Positions 22,200 to 33,530 of a stretch of 54,326 nt of DNA are shown in pieces. The translations under genes were made by a program, and so were the position numbers. How positions within the stretch are numbered: position 1 is the first letter of the stretch; every line of letters begins with the position of its first letter. Source of the DNA: Coniocarpon cinnabarinum. Lineage: Eukaryota. The notes under the pieces were generated by a model. It had not been told where the DNA came from. It saw only the letters and a program-made list of their open reading frames with translations, and did not search any database. The stretch spans positions 62,001-116,326 of the forward strand of contig JAVECO010000064.1 in the NCBI GenBank assembly GCA_051942205.1, given 5' to 3'.

Positions 22200-24148
22200 A
22201 TGACTCCCCCTACATTTGCTATCAGCCAGTATGCCTTTGCGGAGACCCAACAACCTCGTGATAGCTATGTGTGGGATACTCAAGAAGATTCCGGGATGAC
22301 GGTGTCATTCACAAGGCCGAACCAGCGTCTAGTCATCAAGATTGCCCGGCAAACCCGAGTGAATGGGACAAGAGTGAAGCATGTACTAGTACGCCGATGT
22401 CCTTGCTCTGCGCAATCTGTGCTCAGCCGACCCAGACTTCTGCTTACGTGCGTGTCTGCAGGAGCTCATTCCAATTGCAGAAAAGCTAACAAAGGCGTCT
22501 CAAAACCTTCATCGGTTGGGCAATCAGAGTCAAACTTCTATCCAGGCTCAACATGGCGACCTCCAGCTGGCTCTGGTATTTCCAACTGAAACGGGCCATG
22601 TCTGAATTTTCACTTTCTGTTGTGCAGCTGCTCATACTGATGGTTTTGTAGACCCGTCGTGTCCGCGTGAAATTCATGGATACTGCATGCTTGGATGTTG
22701 CCGTCCAACAATTGCAATTAATCGGATGTCCGCTTCGTGGCTCGTCAGCCAGGAGGTCGCAGCAGACAGAACGTCCAGAGTCATCCGCATCTAATTCAAA
22801 GTCGGGCACGTTTCTTAGGAATGCACCCATCGCTCGTCCACATACTGCTTTTCAGGTGATTAGCCGCCCTGTATCCCACGGTAGTCGACCATCTTCGTCA
22901 GCAGCAGCGACTCAGGTGAAAGAAGAACGATCGGCATCGCAAATAGTGAGTCGACCGACCGGCGCGGAATTTCAGGAATCATCTCACAACAGTGCGCGCG
23001 ATGAGAGCTACACTTTCGTGCACCGTCTCTCTGATGAACTGCTGCCTTCTCGTTTGCAAATGCGCCCGCCAACTCGTAGTAGTCAGCGTTCTGAGCAAGA
23101 CGACGTGTCTATCAATGGAATGCCATTCGGGATCGCTGGTACTCGTGCTGCATTGACGCGCCCGGATCGTCCTTACGAAGGCAGTTTTTCTTCTTTGAGT
23201 CGCCAGACCTCATCTCGCATGGGACTCAACTATTCACCAGATATTGATGACAGAATTTTTCATGCAACGAGACACAATGAAGGTCAGACCAAACTCACAC
23301 ATGACAACTTTCCGAAGTCCACCTTCACAAGAGAACACCTGAAAGAAAAGCCATATATGGTGGCCACGACGAACGAAGGGCATCGCAGCACTGCTATGTG
23401 TTCGGAAAATGAAGCTTATTGTGGCAACCACTCAGGGTCGCAGGAAGCGTCCCGGCCTTCGTCTACACATCATCTGTTTGGAGTGCCGGCTTCGACACTT
23501 GATACTCAGCCTATGCAAGACATTGATGAAATAATTCCTCGCAGACGGCTGCCTTTTCAGCCCACGCCTAAAGACATCGCAGGCAGAGAAAGCGTACCAA
23601 CACAAGAGCAACGGAGGACAGTTTCACGACCAACATCCGCCATGGATCGATCTCCACTACCATTGCCAGCCTACCGTGAGTCCGCTTCCAGGCAGCTTGC
23701 ATCGGAACCTTCCAAGTTTGCACGTCCAAGCTCGAGTGCACTTAAGCGCTCTGCAGATACAAGCTTCTCAATTCACGAGGACAAACCTCGTAAATCGGGC
23801 TCTCGGTCGCAAGTCTTGCCCATTAACCAGAACAATGAATTGACAAAGTGTAACAACGGTTCTGCCCAGGTTGAGACATCTGGACACCCCGGTCCGCTTT
23901 TCAGTCGAGATGTCAACCAATGTCAGTCAGGTGACCATCCCTTGCACACATCTCAAAAGTCCATCGGTTGTGACAGCAAAATCGGCGGGTCTGATCATGG
24001 ATTTGATATCTTAGGGTATGCAAGCAAGCCTATAGAAGAGCGCCGGCAGCAACTTGATCAAGCAATGCTCGCACTCATTGACAGTGATGACTTTGTAGCT
24101 TTGTGTGAGGACATTGAAGTTTCTGCAGGTAGAGTCGCTTTAGCATAG
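22200..24148 (+). CDS. REC114: Probable meiotic double-strand-break factor Rec114 (multi-exon)
   Basis: Spliced N-terminal PH-like region (ISQYAFAE..W; LALVFP; TRRVRVKFMDTACLDVAVQQLQLIGCP), a long disordered middle and a C-terminal helix (LIDSDDFVALCEDIE). This matches the Rec114 architecture. Introns at ~22357-22461 and ~22610-22651. Confidence 0.6.
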
Positions 24149-25152
24149 TGCTGTGCTCGTTCGTTTGAACATGCCCTCGCATTAATTAAACACTTGCAAG
24201 TCGAAGCAATTATGCGCACATGTTCATACATGCGGTCCGGTGAACTTTAATTTATCCGCCTGATGCCGATAAGCGGGAAAGCACAGGCAACTGTTACCAA
24301 GAGTCAGACGGCGAGGAATGAAGTGAATCATGATCTTACTGAAGAGCAATCGGCGGACCGGGCGTGCCGGGTCAATCTGCAGAAACCTGCGAGCGATGGA
24401 CGCGTTCGTAAACAAATCGCAAGCACGTCAGAAGCACATGATGCGATTGGCTGCGCCACAGGCCAAAAGTTGGAACACCGCCACATGATCGTCGCTAAAA
24501 GGACTAAATCGGAGAATTTCTTGGTCGAGCTCCGTCATGTGTCCCAGGCCGTTTGTCTACCAATCGTTCATCAACAGGACGCTCTCATTCATGCCGCGTG
24601 GGCCAGGGCATTTCTCATTTATCGCCAAGGGGGCACGGGCAGAACGTGACGCGGAGCAAAGGTGCAGGAGGCTGGGGGAGCTAGCTGGGCCTCCTTGTAG
24701 GCGCATGGTCGCGTAATGGGCCTGCGGGAGAGCGGCACGTAGGGAACTTCCTTGTTGACGGCGCCTAAAAGGGCAATCTCAGCTAGCGCATGACTCTACT
24801 TGGCATAGCCGCAATCTCCCCACGCCCCACTTGTTCCTGCCTAGTGCCTGTGGCGAGTGACCAACTTCAATGCCATCGCGATGCGTGCAGGCATTACGTA
24901 GATTGCTCTCAGCCAAGTCCCAGTCATAAATAAATAGCCTGCCTCCTCTTGCTCTCTTCTGAGCCTTCTTCTTCATCCATCAGTTCACCAAACATCCACA
25001 AAGTTCACCTCACTACAACCCGCAACTACAAAGGTAAACAAACACCCATCCTTAAAAGCAGAATAACCTTCGCTGACTTAGGCTTACAGTACCAAATCTC
25101 CACATCTTCTCCCCTTCGACTCATCAAGCCTCACTCCCCACAAATACTCAAC

Positions 25153-25311
25153 ATGGGTGTATGTCTCCAACAAACTCCTGTTCCATCCCACTCGCTAATT
25201 CTTTTCTAGCCCAAGAACGCAGTTGCTGCACTCGGCGGCTTTGCCAAGGAGGCGGTCACCTTTCCCATCCGTCTCGTCGTCTGCCTCGTCACCTGTGGCG
25301 CCCGACGTTAA
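25153..25311 (+). CDS. 35-aa micropeptide MGPKNAVAALGGFAKEAVTFPIRLVVCLVTCGARR
   Basis: TATA-like ATAAATA at ~24926, 5'UTR intron 25034-25089, AAC-ATG context, intron 25159-25209 (GTATGT...GCTAAT...TAG) and C-ending codon bias. Confidence 0.7.
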
Positions 25312-25858
25312 TTCAATCAATACTTTGCAATGCCTTGGTGAAGGTCACATGAACAAATCGTACATGGCTCAGAGACGCGGCATTTCAGACCAAGGGGACG
25401 ACAAGCACGCAAGTCGTTTGGTGCAGTGAATGGTGGATATACCCAAGCAGTCGAAGGAGCTTGCTGTTGATTCTTCATGCAGTAGACGTTAGAAAATACC
25501 AATTTTGCAAACATTTTGTTGCGTTCACCAGATGCTCGAGTGCCATGATGCGGGGTCGTGTAGCTTTATTTGATGAAGTATCGTTCGCGCCGCCCGCTTC
25601 TTTATGTTCCTTGCGCTTTCAATTACAATTAGTCCGGAGCTCCAACAATCCGAAGCCTCTAATGAATGCACTTAACCCACTTAGGCTGTTTTTGTGTTGT
25701 AGGTGACATAAGCAAGAAGTTTTTCACAAAGCGTCTGCACGATAGCGCCCTACCTTACCCATTCATTACTTTACAATGACATGACTGCAATCGCCTCAAC
25801 TTCATTGTTTTGGAGTGCGATTTATTGGTAAGCACACCGTTTGGGAAATATTTTGATC

Positions 25859-27605
25859 ATGCCATCAGTCCAACCTTACCAAATCGACATTCCTCAATCT
25901 CAACTCGACCATGTCCACAAGAAGCTGGAGCTAACCACTCTCCCCGACGAACTCGATGACGCCGGCTGGTCCTACGGCGCACCTCTATCTAACATCAAGC
26001 GACTGCTAGCACATTGGCAAAACAGCTACGACTGGCGCCAGCACGAAAAGCGCATCAATGATTCCCTAACCCAATACACCACTGACATCGACGTCGACGG
26101 CTTCGGGACCCTAAACATCCACTTTGTACACCATCGCAGCGACGTGACTAATGCCATACCGCTGCTGTTCTGTCATGGCTGGCCTGGTCACTTTTTCGAA
26201 GGGTCTAAGATTGTGTCGAAGCTCGTCCAGGGCGGGACGAACCAACCTGCTTTTCATGTCGTGATGCCCAGTCTCCCCAATTTTGGGTTCTCCGAAGGCG
26301 TAAGCAAGAAGGGATTCGGACACAGTCAGTATGCCGAAGTTTGCCATAAGCTGATGATGAGGCTGGGGTATGATCAGTATGGTGGGTAGTGTACTTCCTT
26401 TTTCTTAAATGTTATGCGACAACAGCGTCTCCGCGCAGTCTCTCTCCGGGCACAGGATGCACGTCAGTCCTTGTAATGTAGAGATGGAGTGTTGCACTTC
26501 GTTCTGCAAAAGATTGTTGGGTATGCCTGTATTTTCGAATATCTTTCACTTCATGCTGTGCTTCACAGTGCTAAAAACAGAAATGGCAACGAAGAAGGTT
26601 CAATCAAAGTTATGGATTGTGTTTGATGGGCAATGCTCAAATTTAGAGCCCTACGCTTCATAGAAATCCTACGGGGCTGACGCCATTTCTTCCAGTGACA
26701 CAAGGTGGCGACTGGGGATATCGTAAGTCCAAGACACATGTTACCACAGCCCTTGTTCCGTTGCAGCCACAGCAGCTTCTCGGCTGCAGAGATGAAGGCC
26801 TTCCACCCCAAGAACCTCAATCTTCATCAACGGTGAGCTTCTGACTACAGCCAGTCATCACGCGCCACATGGCCCTCCTCTATCCCGACAACTGCAAAGC
26901 CCATCACATCAACCTCAACCTCACCGTGCCCTCATACAGAAATCCCTATCTCGCCGCCAAGTTCTACTTACACGCCATGCTGGGTACCTCACAGCAGATC
27001 AATGAAGCCATCGCCGGCGGTCAATGGTTTCGAGAAGAGGGCTCGGGCTATTTCTCACAGCAGAGCACGAAGCCCCAGACGATTGGCTATAGCCAGGCGG
27101 ACTCGCCAGTGGGTCTGCTCGCGTGGATCTACGAGAAGCTGCATGATTGGACGGATTCATATGCGTGGACCGATGACGAGGTGTTGACTTGGTGAGCGGC
27201 GTTTTGCCTCTACATTTGTCGCTAGCAACAACAGAAACCTTCGAAATCCCGAAACGATGCTAACACGCGCAACGTAGGATCCACATCTATCTTTTCAGCC
27301 GGGCTGGTCCCGCAGCTTCAAGTCGCATCTACTATGAGACAGAGCATGAGAAAGGGTTTGAACGGGGTGGAACCTACAATCCAAAGGTCAAGCTGGGAGT
27401 GAGCCGCTTCCCGAAGGACATTGTTGCGTTTCCAACAGAATTTGGGCAGGTTTTGGGGCCGTTGGTGTTTCAGAGCAGTCACGAGCGGGGCGGACACTTC
27501 GCCGCCTACGAGTGTCCGGATCTACTGGTCGATGATCTGAGGGCTATGTTCGGGAAGCAAGGAGGTGCCTTTGGAGTTGTTGAGGGGAAGAATGATTACG
27601 TGTAG
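25859..27605 (+). CDS. Microsomal-type epoxide hydrolase (alpha/beta hydrolase with EHN domain), 4 exons
   Basis: HGWPG oxyanion motif, PSLPNFGFS, nucleophile VTQGGDWG in a mini-exon (~26696-26722), DSPVGLLAWIYEK and the catalytic His motif GGHFAAYE. Confidence 0.93.
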
Positions 27606-28708
27606 CGATTGTTCATGCGTGATTAGTTGAAAAGAGAAGGTCAAGGGCAAAAGTGGAAGCCTGAGAACGGCCCAGGTGCTTGTCACTACTCGTGACGACT
27701 CATGGCCAACCTTGAAAAGAGCTTACTCACTTGCGCCTATCAACTATGTCTCTAGGAAAATTGAGATTGGAGTCGATACCTCACCACTCCGAGATCTTGT
27801 GTCGCCCGTCGAAGCATGGTGCTGGCGATGGTGTTGGTCATATGAGGGACGATGCGGAGCTCAAGCAATATCTAAGGGCTAATTATCACGTGATTTTTTT
27901 CACGTGACGAGCCACTCTTAAAAATACAGTGCAGTATCTGTTCGTCTTCAACAATCAAGTTTCACTTCACGATCGTCAAAGCCTCTGGAAGACATTGGTG
28001 TTCAGCAAAGGTATACACCGGATGACAGAACCGTTCCGCCGCCTGATCTCCACGTTTGTGTCCGCACACGTCACAAACTCTGGAATTCGTCATTGCCGCG
28101 TCGCCGGGCCGTTTCACAACTGTGTCCTCCGAGCCGTTCACTGGTCGCCAGTCAGCTACTAAGTTGCTGGCGTTCAGTTGATGGGGCCTTGGATTGCTCC
28201 ACCTGTTTTGCAAATGCTCCCTGTAACTGCTACGTGTTCCAATAGCTACCTGGACGAGGTCATGTTGCTCTGTTGTTTTACATTGCTGTACGAACCGAAT
28301 CCTTCTGTTGCATGTCGCGCGTAACGTCAGTGTTGGCTTGCGCTTGGTAAGAGCATGTCAGCAACTAAGTTGTAACCCGCTGTGCGAATAACTTGCCACA
28401 TGACACATGTCTGTGTAGCCACTTGTCGCTCTCGCTTACATGTCCTGTTTAGCGTAGGCACTCCCATCGCGGGAGCTTACTTGCTTGGATGCTAAATTTT
28501 TGAATTCCTTGGTATCTTCAAGCAACAGCCATAATTCAGCTAACTCATTTGTTCCAAGATCGTGATTGACTCAGACACGGCCATTTACTAATCTGATGCA
28601 TCCACACTCTACTACCTTATTGAATGCTCAAGCGTGTGAAGACAGCTTGTCACTGGCAATCGTTTTCAAGAGTCAGTAACCGAGTCGACGTATCACCCAA
28701 GCAGCAGC

Positions 28709-29505
28709 ATGGCTTTCATGCCTGGGTCTATATCACCCACAGTGGTATATGAAGTCACAAATTCTACCTCTGGCCTTAACTTGCGGCCAGTCTCGAACGG
28801 GAGTCGTACTAATACACAGTCGATTAGCACATCTTACCGGAGCATTGATGGGATTAAGCCATACTGCGCAGGTACGATAATCGTGCCTTGTACCCTCTGT
28901 CCCAATCCACCTCCGCACGCAATGCATTGCGGAACGCTAATGGACGGATCTAGTCGTGTATCACTCAGGGACGTTAGAAGACGAAGGTGTCGAAGTTCGA
29001 GAGACGTCAAAGTCAGCTCAGACGAGAGCAGAGAGCCGCCGTTACGCTTGCGAGGACGTCGACTTCGACCTCTACTCCGGCGGAAGTAAAATCGCGAACC
29101 TAAATATTCATTGGGTAGAGCCAAGGGAGAGAGCAACGTTTACCGTCCGCGATGTCCGCTCCTTGATACCTGAGATTCCTCTTCATAGGAGTGGCACTTT
29201 CACCGGCAAAAGGATCGAGTATAATAGCATGTTAGGCTTGTCGACGGAGCTTGAACTGGCGTCGAGCGGTGGGTGCAGAAATCTTATCAAAGACTCGTGG
29301 GATGGCAACACTGCGCGCTTTCACAATGGGCATTGGCATCGCATTGAGCATGTACGTGCAGTCTCCGCGACCAAGAAGTCTTCACTAACCGACATGTCCT
29401 TGTCAGGACGTCGCAATCCTTGTAGCTCTCGACATGGTCGCACTTCCGTACAAGCCACAGCCCTTCGACAATGCTGATCCGAGTAAAATCATGAAGCGTC
29501 AATGA
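28709..29505 (+). CDS. Hypothetical protein, 3 exons (~219 aa)
   Basis: Phase-consistent introns 28872-28953 (GTACGA..GCTAAT..TAG) and 29352-29406 (GTACGT..ACTAAC..CAG) join the track ORFs. The product ends DVAILVALDMVALPYKPQPFDNADPSKIMKRQ. Confidence 0.6.
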
Positions 29506-29823
29506 CGAGATGAGGAACATGACGCTACTGTGCTTACTGGTTCTGGTATTTCTGGCTCCAAGACAATGTTCACACGCAGTGGGCTCCATGTCATCTACAG
29601 AAGGAGGAGCCGCTTTAAGAGATATCAACAATTTCGGGGCACAAAGCAGGGATTTTATATTTAGAACCACGTCCCCTAAGTACATTAGCCTCTCGACTGT
29701 ATAGCTCCACTGTAGGTAGGCTGCACGCACCCCTGACCAACATGGCGCTCATATCTAGCTCGTTGGCCCGTCGCAATCGCTTGGAGCGACGCTGCCACCT
29801 ACACGAGTGTATCTGCGTCTGTT

Positions 29824-31786
29824 ATGACCATGAGAATGCGACACGAAGACTACACGGTGGCGTGGATAAGCGCCCTGCCCGTTGAGCAGGCTGCCGTTCT
29901 TCTCGACGATCGTCACGAAAAGCTACCCGTTTCCCGAAACGAGTGCGCCTACATTCACGGCCGCATTGACTGTCAAAATGTTGTGCTGGTGAGTAAAGCT
30001 TCGACTCCTCTCGCAGGCTCCTTCTCGGCCATACCACCTATTGGCTGCAAGATAATCTTGCCACAACTTGGAACATCTCGTACGATGCCATTGAATCGGC
30101 TGATCCAAGCGCGGCCTTATTATTGCTTTTACTGTCATTTATGGATCCGGATGATGAATCTTGGGAGGTTCTGGCTACCGGCTGTAAGCCCCAATCGCAC
30201 TGGCACGAGAATGGTGAGTTTGCGCCCGTCGCAGCTGAGCAAGCTTGGATCATGAATGAGCTCTCGCCATGTTTCGAGTCTTGGCTTGGGCTGAAACAAA
30301 GTCTGGCTTTACTCAATCAGTATTCTCTCATCCGATGGAAAGCCGACAACAAATCGCTGGCTCTGCACCCACTCGTGCAGCAGTGGCTATTCAGCAAGGC
30401 ATGGTCGAGCCCCGCGACAGCTGTGGGTTTACAAAGAAGCATCACTGGAATCCTAGCGAGCAACCTTGAGCCAGTGGATCGCTTACCACCCATCGTCATC
30501 TCTCCAAGTCGACTAATGAGCCCAGAGGATAGAGAACTAAATTCTTGGCCGTAGCGACGACCGTCGCACTTAGTCGCTCACGCCTTGAAACGCATTAATC
30601 ATACTAGAAGCATGGCCTCGTGGCCTGAGAGCAGCTTGCGCCATGTCCTGGAGCTTCTCAGGTTGATGGAATATACTTTTGCCGGATCCTGGCAAAAGAA
30701 GCAACGTCTGCAAAGAATGCTTACTTCAGAAATACGAGCACGTTTCGACACGTCACCGATTTCGCTGTCCGGTAATGCATCTACTGATTACCTTCTCATA
30801 TTTCTGACGGTGTGGGATGTCATGATGGCAGGGGCATGTCAGTGCTGGAAACCGATATCCCGATCCATCGACCGCTCTGTTGATCACACAAGGCTCATCA
30901 TAAATCTCCATGGGATGTGTCCACAATGCAATGCTACCATAGCTCAAGCCCGGAGACTCTGTGAGATACTTGAGGGCATTTTGCCGTCGATTCCTCCTCA
31001 TTAAGGTAGCTGCGCTGTCGCTTGAGGGCGCTCTTTACCGCCTTACCCCATGGGCACGATAAACTTCCTCGTGGAACCCAGCATTTACCGGCGACTTTCC
31101 AAAAGTCGTCAGCCGAGGCTTACGCGGCTGGTATGGATGTCCTTTCACAACTGCAACCGCGCAGATCGCACGATTTGAAAACAGACCAAGAGCTATCGAC
31201 AGCATACCGTGCTTTAGGCATATTTCGCAGAATTTGCGGACCACAGTCCGAAGAGTACATTCGACTGGTGTGGAAAATAAGTTCGTCTCTTCTGCGTCGG
31301 CGAGATCGGCGTGCTGTACTAAACCTGCTTGAGCCATTAACTGCGGGTATTGGACCTGAGAGGTTTGACAGCTGGGCAGTCGTACGCTGCAAGAATCGGG
31401 TTCTGCATTGTCGGCACCAGTTAGATACCCCTGAACTCGGCTCCCATTTATTCCAGTTTTTTGTAAAAACGCTGACGGGGAAAACGATTACTCTTGGCGA
31501 TATCTCACCTGAGATGCTGATACATGAAATCATGGAAAGAATCACCGAGAAAGAAGGTCTGCCTCCGGAAGATCAGAGACTCATTTGCGGTGGGAAACGA
31601 TTGACTCCGGAGCGTTTGGTGCGTGACTACAACATACTGAAGGACTCTACAGTCCATTTGGTGTTGAGACTAATTGTAGGCGCACTGGAGGAGCTCTCCG
31701 GGACAATCAGTTTTGCGGTCAATGGTTCATGTAATTGGTGTAGCTGTGGCCAACCGCTCGCACATGAATCCGATGGTTGCTCTTGA
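29824..31786 (+). pseudogene. Decayed fungal NLR-like gene: PNP_UDP fragment, NB-ARC winged-helix, TPR-like region and ubiquitin-like domain
   Basis: YTVAWISALPVE (PNP_UDP_1 start); ATTWNISYDAI..P.A.LLLLLSFMDP and LLNQYSLI...LHPLVQQW (NB-ARC WHD); ubiquitin-like FVKTLTGKTITL...KEGLPPEDQRLI...STVHLVLRL. Broken by an out-of-frame deletion near 29990, a TAG at 30552 and a stop/frameshift near 31002. Confidence 0.75.
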
Positions 31787-33530
31787 TGGTCTCGGCAGCG
31801 CGCGGTGCTGAATCATAACAAAAAAGACTAGATTATCGAAATTCCTATTGGGTTACTAGCACGAGCCACGTCCGCAACCGCACGCACGCTTTCTTTGAAT
31901 CCAGCCGGCTTCATCGAAGCTATTCACATTGGCAGGTCTCAAGTTTGTCTGATTGGGCAAAGATGACAAGCAGCGCCTTGCAGCCGTCACTGAGGCGTAA
32001 CAGCAAAGCGAGAATACTCATAATCATGGACTTTACTCTCTTCAGTGTACATTAATGAGAGCTCCCGATTTTGCATAATAAGACAACGTGTCATTATGAA
32101 ATTTAGGTAAGCTTGTGGATGTGCGTTTACTTACTAGGGAAGACTTAAAGATGTACATGAAGGTGTAGGCAATGAACAGTTTCACTGCTGCTTTCTAGAA
32201 GGGCAGCGGGTGGACCACCGGCCGTCCGGCCGAGATGTTCAGCCCCTGCATTTGCCAGATCCTCTCGGTCGACCTCGGAATGATCCTACGATCCTCCAGA
32301 AGCCCCATTCCTCTGGACGGTCAAACGTGGCTGATCCTTCACGGAATCGCCACGTCGCTGCTGTGCATGCGTGCTAGCATATGGAACGTGTTCATAAGGA
32401 TGCATGCCCACTATTTATGATGTCCAACCTCATCGCTATCTCTCGAAAAGCCATTAATCGACCTAATTGCTGCTGACAACCTTACAGCACGGGCTATACA
32501 ATAATATGAAGGACCAGAAAGAACCCCAGCGTCAAGAGTGGCAGCATCGATGGGATATCGCGGTGCAAGAACATGGTCAACGACAACGCGCAGAATCCTC
32601 AAGCGAAGAATCCTCAAGCGAAGAAGAAAGGCGTGAAACCCAGCAGACTCGTGACGAAGCACCACCTCAGCGGAGCGGACCAAGTCCACTCACTGAGGCA
32701 AATAATATGATTCACATCCCGTGTCCCGCACCTATTGACATGCTTGTACACAGGAAGACGCCCAAGGCCGGATAAGTGAGCACAACCGTCGTCACCCCGG
32801 GGACCGCGTGACACATAATGAGATGATTAATTTTTGGTATGAAGTGTGGACGCCTCTTCACGCAACAATAGGCCATGAACGGTTCCACCATTGGCTTAAT
32901 GAGTGGCTTCCGATCTTCCGCGATAGACAGGCGCGAGCTGCGCAGGCGCAGCAGGCGCAGCAGAACCCTCCACAAAGTCAGCGGCGGTGAAGGCGGAGTG
33001 GGCGCTGCGTGCCATGCACGTGTCTGAAGGTAGACATGCTGGCTTATGCGTGATCCCAAGAGCAGCTCGGTCCTTGATAGCATTGAAATGCGTGTATCAG
33101 AGCCGTCAAACCGCCCAACACAGGCCTCGTTGGCGTACCAGGATGTCTTCACATGAGCTTCGCGTCCTCTTCAATCTTGCTGCGCAGCGGCTGATGCTTC
33201 GAGTGAGGGAAGAAGGTGAGCTGAGCGTATAAGGACTCCAGCTTGGAAAGAACAAGCTTTGCAAAGAATATCAAAGACATGTTACCAGATAAGAATCGTA
33301 TATTACTACTTTTCAGGAGAGCAGCAGCTCAGCCACGTGTCGGCCGGCAAATGCCGTAAAGTTCAGCCCCTGCATGCGCTAACCCCCGCCCCCACACATT
33401 GCCTACCGAATCGGCTGCATTACCCCGGCTAATGCATTGCAAGGTGCGCAAGCAGCACTCTCATCTGAACTTCGTCTCATTTTGCCATTGTACATATCCC
33501 GTCCAGCTGGTTCTGGTCGCAATCGTCATC

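Noticed and set aside
30552..30554. In-frame TAG as an A-to-I editing-corrected stop
   Set aside because: The gene also carries a deletion and a frameshift, so simple decay is more parsimonious.
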